A stretch of 64,000 bases of DNA, from the NCBI RefSeq assembly GCF_036588685.1, contig NC_086379.1, positions 62,992,001-63,056,000 on the forward strand. Direction: 5' to 3'. Made by a program: the position numbers and the translations under genes. The notes under the pieces were generated by a model that was not told where the DNA came from, searched no databases, and was given only the letters and a program-made list of their open reading frames with translations. Source of the DNA: Mytilus trossulus. Taxonomy: Eukaryota. This document shows, piece by piece, positions 25,787-40,700 of the stretch. Position 1 is the stretch's first letter; the number at the start of each line of letters is the position of its first letter.

Positions 25787-28700
25787 CTGAAATGATATAA
25801 GATTATTAATGTTAATAAGTTATCAATAAATAGTTAAGGGGAGATGAGTCATGTTATTTTTGTAGAATTCAATCAAAAACAAATGAAAAACACAAATTTA
25901 AAATATCAAGGATGATAAGTAATATATGGTATTTATTTAAGAATCCTTTTGTTTAAAATGGAATTGAATTTCTATGTGAATATTATGATACCAATAATAA
26001 ACTATTGCATATCACTTTTTCTTCGACCTTGGATTTGTATAAACTTTGTTTCATAATAGAAAAATATTAAATGTGTATAAAAACAGCCTACTTATGTAAT
26101 AAATTTTACTTCATACTGATGTTTAACAGCATTTATTTTTTAAATAGAAATAACAAAATGAGGCATGATTACTTAATTTCACTACAAGATACATTGAATT
26201 AAAACTAATGGTATTTGTTTTTTTCATTGTTGAAGGTCATACCCTTGCCTAAAATTGCTTACATATTTATTTGAACTTGGTGGATAGTGATCTCATTTTT
26301 ATAATATTATGTAATTTCAAACAATATCAAGATGTTTATCATACATCATATATATTATCCTACAAAAATAGTCAAATGTTCCTTTGAATCTATAATAGAA
26401 TCAAGTTTACAATAACCTTTGATAAAATGCTTAACAGAGTGCAGCCTGATACGACTGCAGAGGTCGAACCATGAACAGTTGGTGCAAGTTTGGACACAAT
26501 TTTCCAGCTTCCTACTGCCTGAATTTTTGACACAAAATAAATGTGGTGAAAAAAAGTTTGGGTTGAAATATTTGTATTATTTTTCAATTGAAGATTTCTT
26601 GCTATTGCATAATACCGTTATTGTTGTTAGCTTTACGCTGCATTATCACAGAAATGCTATATAAAGACGAGAGCTAGTTCGAATATTATAACAATTTAAG
26701 GTATATTCTAAAAATCAGACAAAAGGTCTTTCAATAAACTAATCATCATAAATTTCTAGACTAAAGCAAAGTGATCCAGATTTGTGTGATTACTTCTTCA
26801 TTTCTAATTACAGCTTACCTTTATGTATTTTACTGCCAAATGATGACTGGTTTCCACAAAAGAATATGTGTGGACATTCTGTTATAATGAAGGGATCATC
26901 TTTAAAAAATGGATAGCAACCTGTAAAAGAAAATGAATATTTTACACTTCCTTAACAATTTTAGCAGTTAAATCTTATTTCAAAACCTTAGAAACTCTGG
27001 CTAAATGTTTAATGTATGCACATGACTTTGTATTTTATTTCCCTAAATTGTATATTTACATGTTTGTTTCAGACTCTGTAGTTGCAGTGTATACACATGT
27101 GACTTTTGGCAGTAGCTTTAATGATTTTTTTAGTGGAAATTGATATTTGGATACTCAATAAGCCTGTGGCTATGCTCACAAAATAATAACCAAAGCCCCT
27201 CCACTAACACAAATTTATATACTCATCTTTACTTGTAATTGTAAAATGGTCTTCCTGTGCTATCTTTACTTTATCAATGTTGGTGATTTATGCTTATCAA
27301 GTAAAGTCAAAGTATAAAGATATTAAACTGTTTTTGTTTTTAAATACAAAAAGAACAAGAATGTGTCCATAGTACACGGATGCCCCACTCGCACTATCAT
27401 TTTCTATGTTCAGTGGACCGTGAAATTGGGGTCAAAACTATAATTTGGCATTAAAATTAGAAAGATCATATCATGGGGAACATTTGTATTTTTTGTCAAG
27501 TTTCAAGTTGATTGGACTTCAACTTCTTCAAAAACAACCTTGACCAAAAACTTTAACTTGAAGAGAACAGACTCACAGACGGATGAACGAACGGACGGAC
27601 GAACAGAGGCACAGACCAGAAAACATAATGCCCCTCTTCTATCGTAGGTGGGGCATAAAAAAGGCATTAACTCAGTGAACTCCTTTTCTGTTTATTATTG
27701 ATGTTAACATGTTGCAAATAAATAGTATATACCCAATGAGTCTGGAGCTGTGGGAGCAATATGTCCCCAGGTAATACATTTATCTAATATGTCAACTGGG
27801 TCATCTAATTCACTGTATTTCATGATGTTAGTAACTGGCTGTCCTGAGGTACCAAGGACTCTAAAAAAATGTTTTTAAAATGATAAATAATTGTGGAAGA
27901 AAAACATATGCATCAGTATTTATCATTGTAGATCCAACACTTAGTTTTAAAAATATTTAACATAAATGATTTATTATTCTGACTTAATAGTGTTGTTTGT
28001 TAGAAACAAATTGCTTCTATCTTTTTAAATGTGAAATATCTGTCAGGAAAGACATTTCCTTATCTGCTCTACAGCAAACTAAAAATAGCAATATAATAAT
28101 ACACACTCATTATACAAATTTAAATATATTTCCCTATCAACACAAGGACAATCAGATTAAGCATGAATTACACAATTCAAAATTGCTCCTTCAGTTATAT
28201 ACACAAAATAAATAGATTGACATTAAACAAGAGGTACTTGATATTTTAATAAAGAGATTGACAAGGACAAACAAATAGAAGTTTTTAACCACCTTGACTG
28301 GCTTTACAGCAATTGCATGGTCGGTTCTTGACAAGGACAAAAAGTCATGCAGATTAAAGTGGCCATAAAAAAACTGATTAGGAAAGTTTTTAAAAACATT
28401 AAGGTTAACCAATGATTTACATATTTTCCAAAAAAATGACAGAAAAAGGGCAGGTTCAATAAGTTGTCCTGCTTAAACTCAAAATGCCATGATGATAATT
28501 TATACCTTTACCAAAAATATGAAACATAAACAAATAATATGCCATGAAAAACAAATAGTGATAACTTTTTAAAACTACTCACCTGACTCCTTCTAGATGA
28601 CAACTGTATGGATTTGTGACTGTTTTAACAATTTACCTGACTCCGTCTAAATGACAATTGTATGGATTTGTGACTGTTTGAACAATTTACCTGACTCATT

Positions 28701-31700
28701 CTAAATGACAACTGTATGGATTTGTGTCTGTTTTAACAATTTACCTGACTCCTACATGACAATCGTATGGATTTGTGACTGTTTTAACAATTTCCCTGAC
28801 TCCTTCTAAATGACATTTGTATGGATTTGTGACTGTTTTAACAATTTACCTGACTCCTACATGACAATCATACGGATTTGTGACTGTTTTAACAATTTAC
28901 CTGACTCCTACATGACAATCATATGGATTTGTGACTGTTTTAACAATTTCCCTGACTCCTACATGACAATCATATGGATTTGTGACTGTTTTAACAATTT
29001 ACCTAACTCCATCTACATGACAATCATATGGATTTGTGACTGTTTTAACAATTTACCTGACTCCTACATGACAATTGTATGGATTTGTGACTGTTTTCAC
29101 AATTTACCTGACTCCATTTACATGACAATCATATGGATTTGTGACTGTTTTAACAATTTACAATGACTCCTTCTACATGACAATCATATGGATTTGTGAC
29201 TGTTTTAACAACTTACCTGACTCCTTCTACATGACAATCATATGGATTTGTGATTGTTTTAACAACTTACCTGACTCCTTCTACATGACAATCATATGGA
29301 TTGGTGACTGTTTTAAATGTTGGAAATCTAGATGCCTGAGCAAACATACATTTGTGTAAAGGTTGTTGAGGTATAGTAAAGTTTGTAGGATCATATTCTC
29401 CTGCCATAACATCAACATCAACACTCCCCTGAAATACAATTTTCATCTTTTATAATTAGTGACTTGACAACACATATGTTGCCCTCTTACATTCTTAGAT
29501 GTCTTTTATCTATTTGAGAATTGTCGAATTGCTATCTCATTTTCTTTATTCATGATTAAAGATTAAATTCAGTCAGAAAAACATAGTGTTAAAAAATAGT
29601 GATACAGTGACCCTCTATGGTTTTAGCCAAGAATGGGATGTATAAGAACACACAGCACAATTCTTGGCTTTAACATTAATTACAGTTTCATTCAATTTGA
29701 AAGGAAAAGTCTTCCTTATATATATAAATATACAGTGACATTCACTTAGGAGTATGCTTGATTTAAGAATATTTACTCACAGATAGTTGAAAGAAAACAT
29801 CATCCAATGTTTTTACTGCCTCTACACTTGCTGCTTCAGATTTCTTTGTTAAATATTTGGCCTGAAAAATCATTTATGTTCACTAATTCAGGTTTTCTGT
29901 TTTTATGGTTAAATTTTGTAAATAAAATTCAACTCTGGAAAATTTGAGTTGGTTTATAAAACTCTACTGATCTAGTCAGTTAGTCAGATATTTAATTTTT
30001 CTTGAATATTGAATTTGATGAACAAAACCTTTTTTTTTAAGGGTTTCTAATTTTAAACTTAACACCACATATTTGGACAAACAATATTAAATAAGCAAAC
30101 AAAAGGGAGTCCTAGTGTGTTGATTTAGTGTTATATCTTGTGAATCTATCCCCTTAATAAAAGAGCTGTCAACTTAAACACAATACATGTAGCAAGAAGA
30201 AAAGAAAATGGGTTAAAAAAATGCATTCTGCATATTAATTTTGAAGCTCTTTTTTTTCAATCTGCACTCATTAAGAATTTATCAAAAACTAACTGCTTAT
30301 ACTGAAGAGGTGAACAGAGTAAAACCTTATATACAAATTTGTATTCCAAAACCAGATTAGAAATTGCTTCGAGTCGTGAATGCTATAACAAGTATACAAA
30401 TTTCAGTTCAGTATTGCCTACTTTTGATTCATTTATTTTCATAGGTACCAATTTTCGTGGAGTACGTTATCTTAAATGTTCGTAGATATTTAATTTTGTG
30501 GTTTTGCTGTATTCTACATACATGCCTATAGAAAATTTGTTATTTGTTGAACATTTAATTTTGTGGTTCACTTTTTAGTCAGGGGTACTACTTGAACAAG
30601 TTATTTTTAATAACTCGAAGAAGTAATATTAATATACTTATAGAAGTAAATTTGTAGGATACTTGTACAAGTGAATTTTATTTACTTGTATAGGTAAAAA
30701 AAATATTATTGGCTGAGTTATGTCCCTTAGACATTCAGATTTATTTACTTGTAGAAGTAAAAAAAGTCATCCTATCTTCTTTTATTGAATTCTCATGATT
30801 TCTTTGATCTAATAGAATTTTAAATTATCTGCCTTTTTCAGATGTATTTACTGATCGTTTAAGTGTAATTTCAAGGACAATGAAAATCCAATAATTGTTT
30901 GTTATCTCCAGACCACTGCTCATTTACAAGCCCCCAAGGAGCAATTTTTGAAGACCTTGCACAAATACTTAAGATCTTTGGGCAAACAGTTTCTTTGTTG
31001 AATTAATGAGATGAAACATTGAACTCTAAAAAAAAAATTGAGCAAACCTGGGAAAAATCATTAAAGGCAAGATTTTACATCTCAAAACTTGAGGACTTTT
31101 GTGGGATTGTATGAAAAACTTACTTATTCTAGTAAACTTTTGAGAAAATTAAGGGCAGATTTTTCAAACATTATTTATTTACTTAAATGTGTATATTTTT
31201 TTTTACTTCTTCAAATAAATAACTAGAGGCTCTAAAGAGCTTGTGTCGCTCACCTTGGCATATGTGAATTAAACAAAGGAAGCAGACAGTTCATGACAAA
31301 ATTGTGTTTATGTGAATGTGATGTGTTTGTACATCTTCCTTTACTGAACATTTTTGCTGCTAACAATTATCTCTATCTATAATGAACTTGTCCGTGTAGT
31401 TTCAGTGGAAAATGTTAGTAAAAATTTACAAATTTCATGAAAATTGTTAAAAATTGATTATAAAGGACAATAACTTCTCAGGGGGTTAATTGACCATTTT
31501 GGTCATTTGTACTTATTTTTGAGTCTTAAATTGCTGTACATTAATGCTGTTTACAGTTTATCTCTATCTATAATAATATTCATGATAATAACCCAAAACA
31601 GCAAAATTTCCTTAAAATTACCAATTTAGGGGCAGTAACCTAACAAAGAGTTGTCCGATTCATCTAAAAATTTCAGGGCAGATAGATCTTGACCAGATAA

Positions 31701-34700
31701 ACCATTTTACCCCTTGTCAGATTTGCTCTAAATGCTTTGGTTTTTGAGTAATAACCAAAAACTGCATTTAACCTCCATGTTCTATTTTTAGCCGTGGCGG
31801 CCATCTTGGTTGGTTGGCTGGGTAAAAAAACACAAATTTTAAACTAGATACATCAATGATGATTGTGGCCAAGTTTGGATTAATTTGGCCTAGCAGTTTC
31901 AGAGGAGAAGATTTTTGTAAAAGATCATGGAGATTTACGAAAAATGGTTAAAAATTTACTATAAAGGGCAATAACTCCTAAAGGGGTCAACTGAACATTT
32001 TGCTCATGTTGACTTATTTGTAAATCTTACTTTGCTGAACATTATTGCTGTTAACAGTTTATCTCCATTTATAATAATATTCAAGATAATAACCAAAAAC
32101 AGTAAAATTTCCTTAAAATTACCAATTTAGGGGCAGCAACCCAACAATGGGTTGTCTGATTCATCTGAAAATTTCAGGGCAGATAGATCTTGACCTGATA
32201 AACAATATAACCCCATGTCAGATTTGCTCTAAATGCTTTGGTTTTTGAGTTATAAGCCAAAAACTGCATTTTACCCCTATGTTCTATTTTTAGCCATGGC
32301 GGCCATTTGATTAGTTGGCCGGGTCAAAAAACACAAATTTTAAACTAGATACATCAATGATGATTGTGGCCAAGTTTGGTTAAATTTGGCCCAGTAGTTT
32401 CACAGGAGAAGAATTTTTTTAAAGTTAACGCTGGTCGACGGACGACAGACGACGGACGCCAAGTGATGAGAAAAGCTCACTTGGCCCTTCGGGCCCGGTG
32501 AGCTCAAAATAACTTGTAAAAGTAGTAACCCTGACTGCCTTTTTGCACAAAATTCACGAAAAATTTATATCCAACAAACAATAATTAATCCACAGTATAT
32601 TACTTTCTATCATATCAATATTATATACCTTCTGTAAACTCTCTTTGTCTTGTGTATCCTGACTGAGGGAATTTCCTGCTACTATTACACGTACAATACT
32701 AGAAGAGGACTCTTGTTGGTCCATATCTCCCACCTGACCTGTTACCATGTCAACCATAAGTTGTAATGGAAAAGACTTTTCATCTTTTCCTCCTATTTCT
32801 AAACCAGATATGATAGCTATAAACCTAGATAATAAAGTATATAAAAGTCTCATTAAAAGGATGGTCACTCCAGTTTTCTGTTAAAATGATTTTAAAATTG
32901 ACAATAGGGAGTAAATTATAACATGTGCATTTATTTTGACATTCAATACCAAGAAAATTTACCAAACTCAAACAAAATAAATTCTTGTAAGTCCAGATTT
33001 AATCTAATGTCTGAAATTTTTTCCAATGACTTGTTTCAGCTACAGTGGATTAATTTTCATTCCACAGATACCAATTATCAAGGATTTCATTGACGTAAAG
33101 GTGGACCACAAATTTAAATGTTCAACCAAGTACCAATTTTTTTATAGGTTTGTAAAATTATAAATTCAAATATCTACAACGTACTCTAAAAGTTGATTGT
33201 TACACCATTATTTTAGAATAAGGGTTGAGATCTCAAAAAACATATGCTGCAGTTTTGGGCCTGTCCTAAGTCAGGACCATATGACCTTTGTTAGTCTTAC
33301 ACTATTTTTATTTTGAGATCATTTACATACTTCAGAGTTTAGTATGATGTACATTTTCACTGAACTAGTACACATTTTTTCTAGGGGCCAGCTGAAGCAC
33401 CCCTCCAGGTGTGGGATTTTCTTGCTGAATTGATGGGTGGCCTTTGCCTGTTTTCTGCTCTTTGGTCTACAGTACGGGTAGGGACTTATTTTTATGGATG
33501 TCTTAATCCGTCTAGTCGGATATGACTAATCGGACATTTTTATGGTAGATAGTATGGTCATTAATCAACAGATCCAGGCGTGATTGGCAATATATTTGTC
33601 CTTTCATCTTAATCCGTGCTGCTAGAATTACGGTTCACTGATTTCAGAATCAGGTTACCTATAATTTAAACCTCTGTCACTTTAATGATTACATCGTATT
33701 TGACATAAAATATTTTTACAGGTGAAGTACTGGAGAAAACTTTGTTTTAATAAAAATAGCCTATTTTTTAATTATGGTTTTTATATTTCAACTGCTATTT
33801 ATTTTCTAATTTGTTCTGTGAAATTATTTTTATTCTATGTTCCTTGTTGTTTATTTTTTGTTTTTTTGTGGATCTTTTTCTTATTTGTTTGCATAAAATT
33901 TCAAACATAAATATTTTTACATGTATTCTATTTCTGGAAGCATACGGTTATTTTTGTTTTATTCGTAAATCCATGGATTAGCAGAATGCTGTCTCAAGTG
34001 TTAGTTTGACGCGGTCACATGCAAAATATTTCTATAATATGTATTTAATATTCAGTCTGTGTTGGGTCAGTTCCGAGATAAAAAAATATTTACAGTGAGC
34101 AATACTTGTATATTATTAGTAGCTTGATGATTCTTTTTAGTTTTTACTGTAAACAAATATTGTCCGAAACTTCAAAGTTGGAGATGTATAAGTAAAATAG
34201 AACGCAAACAATAACACTAGAAGAAGATATTGATTCTTCCCGGGCATAAGTTTATTTTAAGATTTCCATGTTTGTTCATTATGCTAAATTAATATAATTG
34301 ATCTGCATTTCCGTGTAGGGGGTAAATGGGGTCTGGATTTGAAATCCTGTGCTTAAAAACACGAAGTCCCAGGGTCCCGATTTTAAATCCCGTAAGTGTT
34401 AATCCCGAAATCCCGAAATTAATTGCATAATATTAATTTACGCACAATCCATGTAAAAAAAAGAAAACATGTATGTTATATATTTTTAAAAGCAATCTAT
34501 TAAGAAAAAATTGCAGTGAAAAGACAATTCCATGATACACATATTAGTGATCAACAGCGTGTGCACGTGGTTAAACTTTAACTTGACAGTGACTCCACTC
34601 ACAATAATATTGAATGCTAATAAAAGATATTAAAGATAGATTTTTATATGGCGGGAAATGTCGTAACAGTAAACTCAGGTGACCTTACTGAACGACCGTG

Positions 34701-37700
34701 GGAAAATCCATTCATGATTTAATTTGATGTGGAATGATTGACAGTATTGTGCGTTAGTTTTGAGGCTCTTGATCGATTGACCAGAATAGAAATTTAATCG
34801 ATTTACAAAACAAGAATTAGTCTGCTTTAACTATTTTTTTTTTTAATTTTATCAGTCGTTTCCCGGATTCCCAAATAAATAATCTATTTGGAGACCTCCT
34901 TTAAACTTCGGAAATAATACATCGATTTAAAAATTCACACTGACTGTGCTAGCTTTTAATAGAATGACTAGAAGTACGATGAAAAAGTAAAGACAGCTGA
35001 TCACGAGTCTTTAACCCCATTGGGGTATAAATGTGCGTTTATTCAATAAACTATATAAGGTTAAATTTTGATTTTCGTGTATCGATTGATACAATTCGTA
35101 AAATATATTTATAATAAAAACACCGGCGATTTTCATAAAATATTTGAGACATGAAAATAGAAAGGCAATATCTCAAGTGTCAACATTTTTTTGTAAAATA
35201 AAAATTAGGAATCGAAATATGATCACGGCGTTATAAATATTGTATTTAAAGAAACCAATTGTTTGACTTTCAAAGAGATTAACGGGAAATATGTCAAAAT
35301 AGAAAGCACGAGTGATCTGTCTGACCAAAATGTTTTACTTGTGAGAAATGATTGACAGGTGTGAATTGATGTAGAGGCTCAGACGGGGAAAGTTGTATCA
35401 AAAGGAAAATAACTTTAATCACAATGCCTATACATATTTTATAAATACGATATGTTGGCCTTATACTTAAAATTGTGTTTCTAATAATAACATATAAAGG
35501 AACAGGACGTTAAAAGGGGGAAATAATATAACCATCAACGAAAATTCGTATAATTTACTGGATTGATGTCTCAACAATTTGATTTAAACTTCGATTGAAA
35601 ACAGTCTTGGTTGTTATTAGACTTATTATTTTGCATTAGATGAAATATTTACGGTTTACAAATACAAATGCAAATACAAAATAGTTTATTGGCAAAAAAC
35701 TATTGTAATAATTGGCAACACAATATATTGTTAAAAAAATCGTCGTTATTTTATTGTCAAATTATATTAAAAAAAATCCCACATTCATGATATTTAATTT
35801 TAATTCTTATATTTAATTTTTAATTTAAATTCTTATATTTAATTTTAATTTCAATTCTTTCTCTTTGAATACAAAACAATATTTTACATTTATCTATTCT
35901 CCATAAATACTATATCTGTACAGGTAAAATTTAGTTCTAATCAAGCTGGTACAGATTGATTTACGACCTTCCACTTGGATATTGCACAGCAGGTGTTTAT
36001 TACACTGGGACAACTGTCCGACCAGTCTGACATCTAGACGGATTAAGGCATCCATAAAAATAAGTCCCTACCCGTACTGTAGTTGGTGTCTCTTTGACAC
36101 ATTCCCCATGTCCTTTCTCAGTTTTATTCTGTACCACTTTTTGTTTGGTTAGTATGTATACCTGTCATGTTCAAACATTGGTCTTGGTATTTGTTTTGGT
36201 AACTGTTGGTAACAGAAATCCTCCACTTGGAACTTGCCTCTGCTGTCCTCTGGTTCTACACCATACAATGCAACAATTACACCTATAAAAACAGTGTAAA
36301 TATTTCAACAAGTTGTGCAAGGTACATTTGAATGTAATTCATTTTTTTTTAACATATTTTGGTCAAATAATAGATCGCATTATGCACATTTCAGATTGTG
36401 CAATTAGATGAATTTTGATGTGATAACAGAAATAATTTACATTGATACCTCAAAAATGAAATTTCAGAATGTTGACTGATTTTAAAAATGAACTAAATTT
36501 CACAATTCAATTGACCTGCTATTTGGATCTTATTTTCCTTCAAGTATCTAAGAAAGTATTTACAAGCCTTTATATTTCTACATACCTGTCACTGAAGTCT
36601 GTATATCTAGTTTTCCAATTAATAAAATTCTTTGTAATTCATCTTCAAGGATCAATTTATCATTACTATCTGTGTACTTAGATTTAATAGGTTGAGGCAT
36701 CAAATTATGCTGAAAAAAAATATATTCAATATAAATTTGTGTATTTTAAAATCTGTATCATAATAAAGGATATCTTTAAATTCCATTAGACTACAAGTAT
36801 CAAAACGACCTACTACAATTTGACTGAGTGAAAACAAAGATATAAATCATGTTAGTAATGATGCATTCAATCTCAGCAAATGTGTATAAATATTTTTTTT
36901 AAATCTTCTTCTGCAAATTCAGAAATTATTGCATGCATTTATTATTGCGATTTTGTCAATTTAGAATAACAGGTGATTTTAATTTTTGAAATATTCAGAA
37001 AAATCCTGTTTAATTCATAATTTTTTTTTTTAACTTACAGTACATGTTTAGAGCATATCTGTCCATGTTTAGAGCATATATATACAGTACATGTTTAGAG
37101 CATATCTGTCAACTTCATATTGTTGAGTCTGATGCAGATGCTCAGTGATGAAATGTATGATATGATTACAGTCAGTCAGGGGTACTACTTGTACAAGTTA
37201 TTTTTAATTACTTGAAGAAGTAATATTAATATACTTATATAAGTAAATTTGTAGGATAAATTTGTAGGATACTTATACAAGTGAAAAAAATATTGGCGGA
37301 GTTATGTCCCTTAGACATTCAGATTTTTTTTACTTGTATAAGTAAAAAAGTCATCCGATCTTCTTTTATTAAATTCTTAGGATTTCTTTGCTCTAATAGA
37401 ATTTTAATTTATCTGCCCTATGCAGTGGTCTACTAATCATTTAAGTGTAATTTCATAGACAATAAAAATCCCATTTGTCTGTTATCTTCAGAACACTGAT
37501 CATTTACAAGCTTAAGATCTTTGCGCAATCAGTTTCTTTGTAGAACTAATGAGATGAAACATTGGACTCTAATAAAAATAATGAGCTTACCTGGGAAAAA
37601 ACATTAAAGCCATGATTTAACATCTCAATACTTGTCAGAGAAATTTTATGGGATGGTATGAAAAATTTACTTATACACATGTATAAGTAATTTTTGAGAA

Positions 37701-40700
37701 AATTGATGGGAGATTATTTAAACATTATAGTTAACTTATAAGTTTATAACTTTTTCTTCTTCTTTAAATAAATAAAAATAACTTGTACCAGTAGTACACC
37801 TGACTGACAGTGGCAAATTTTAGATTTTCACAAAAATGTCAGTTAGTAATATCTGAAACCTGATACTATGAGTTTGGTCCATTAATTAAAGTTTGTTTAA
37901 TGACGTACAAAAGAATGAGAGCCTAGAAACTTAATATATCAATTGATTAGTTATTCTTCGGTTATTCAAATTTTGCTGCATTCATGGGCATCAGTGAAAT
38001 ATTGTTTAACAACATGTCCCAGGTTGTGGGAGGTATGACTGCTCACAATCACATTTACCGGTAAACCTGCCACAATATTTAAGTGCATGTCTAAAATCAG
38101 GAGTCTGTATTTCAGTCACCGTCATTGGTTGCTTTCTGCTATATTTTTTTTTCTGTTTGGTTTAGCATTTAAACATGATAAACCAGGTAATTCATTTTCT
38201 TATTTGATGTTATGCTGGAGCCTTTTTAAGCTTACTACATAGAATATACGTAGGCTTTTTCTCATAGTTGAAGGATGTATGTGGACCTACACTAAAGAGG
38301 CAGTACTTTGTATAAAACCATACTTTTATCGAAAATTCCTTGCTAAAATCAGAAAAGTACCTGTCCACATAAACAATAATTAAAGCCTCTGAGTCTGTAC
38401 CTACATGTATACATAAAAATGTACAATACAGATAACAGTTTTTATCATCTTTCTGAAACACAAAACTTTTTATAGCTATGCCATTATCACCATTGATTCT
38501 CACATTTCAGTTTTGATAATGGATGGAGAGTTGTCTCATTGGCACTCACACCACATCTTCCTACATCTATTGAATACAATCATACCTCTTCACTTAATTC
38601 TTTTAGGATACTAGGTCGAAGTTCCATGTGTTTAAAAAGGGTACCAATTATAACACATTTTTCATCACTTTGCAACTCATGCAACTTCTTTATATTTACA
38701 TCTTTTCCTACAAAAAAGAATATAAATATATGTATAAATATACAATATCCTATCTACAGACATGACAGATGAAGTTAATGGTGAACAATTTTTTCAACTG
38801 CTTAAGGAATTTTTTGATGATGAAATAAATAATAACCAAGTCTTTAAAAATTATTAAAATAAAAACTTTTTACTGATTTCTAAATAGTGAATAATCACCA
38901 TGAGAGAATTTGCCTTAAATTATACTCCAGATGGGTCACAAATGGTTCAAAGATCGATTTGTGGCTATACATTAATATAACCCTGAAAAAAATTATGTCT
39001 AATAAAGATCTTTCTAATTTTTGTTTTATTCAGTTCTTCAAAGGTGTTAACTACTTCCCACAAATTTGTATATCAAAATGCCGAAAAGTATGATGGCGTG
39101 TTACAAAGATGAAGACCTTAATGTTCCAATTGTCATTATCAATCTTCAAAAGCCAAAGGTTATGATCAAATCCCCTCCTCTCCACTCTTCACAAATAAAG
39201 ATACAGTTTTATATCCACAATGCAATGATTTTCATTGGTTGCAGTTGTAACTGGCTGAATCCAATAAAAAGCACCTAAAAGATGATCACAGGCCTAGGTA
39301 ATTCAGAAAATATAGACAATGACCACATATATATATATATATACTGAGTGCCAATGAAAACGCAACACTTTTGTTTTTCAAAAAAATCTTATGATTTTTA
39401 TTTTATTTATATGAGAACTTTGTACAGTTGGTTTAAAATGACTTTTAAGACAATTGACGACAACTTTACGGTTGAGTGATTTTTGGAACAAATGCGAAGT
39501 ACGGATTATTTTGAACAGACATAAACCGAGTTCACCGCTTTTCAACATACGCATCATTTTCACGATTTTGTCATTTAAAGCTTTGCTAATGTCATGAATT
39601 TTCCCGCCCTTATTTTGAGGATACTGCAATAAACATCTGAGTAAATCCCAGGACTGTCTGACAACCAGCGACATGCAGTTTTGGGCATGATCACATGAAG
39701 CCTTTCACTGCATACAATTACGAGAAGACTGAAGTTGTAGCCTCTTCAATAACCTAAATCATCCACAAGTTCAACCAAAATGAACCATTTAATGATAAGC
39801 GACATCCCGGGTACAAAAAGCAAGAAACGCTCAGCCAGACCGATACATTTGGTCTTAAACATATTCGATATTGACTCTGATATGGGTGTACAAAGGTCAC
39901 GAGAGTTCAATGGTGGTCACAGTAGATCCTTTGGAGCAATTTAAGTAAAGCACCATTTGCGCAAAAATTGTTAAAGAGCACCAAAGTCTTTCCTTAGTGA
40001 CATCTAAACGGCCGTAAGATGTAAATATCGAATTCTGTAGACCAAAAATCATTCATTGTGTACCAAAAACCGTCAGTGGCGGTTACATAGACATTTGGCA
40101 CCCATCTTGGCCAAAATTCATGTGTTTTGTCCGATTTTGGTCCGACCGAGCAAATTTTGCATCAGGTTAGACATGGTTTAGACGATGAAAACCACCACCA
40201 ATATCATAAGTCAGATTGAGTTTGATATGCGGGACAAGTGGAACAACATTCCTCGAGATCACATTAAACGTCCGGGATGATTAATGCCACGGCGCTGTCG
40301 AGATTGCGCTGCACAACGGTGTTGTAACATGTTTTGTTAGGACTGTAAGTTGATGATTCGACATTGAATGTTTCGTTTACCTATAGCGTCTTAAAGATGA
40401 CAATGAAACATTTTTGTTTGATATCGATCTATTGTTAGGATTGTTAATTTTCAAAAACAATTTATTTTGAAAGATTATCATTTCTGATATAAATTTTATT
40501 TTTGAAAAACCAAATGTTGCGTTTTCATTGGCACTCAGTATATATATATATATACAATGTACTGATGGTGCAACAAGTTTTTTCCACCCAAAACTTTCAC
40601 CAATATTTGGTAACCATTTTGAAGTTCTTAGCTAATTGAAGTTCCTGTGTGTATTTTTCTCTGGCATTTGTTGGAATTTTAACAAATATTTTCAGTTCCT

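Noticed and set aside
28810-29359. Repetitive Cys/Trp-rich + strand ORFs ([17 protein letters not shown])n as a novel protein, or the array as CRISPR
   Set aside because: They are the antisense reading of the POLD2 exon-7 minisatellite. The units are contiguous with no unique spacers, and the DNA is eukaryotic.
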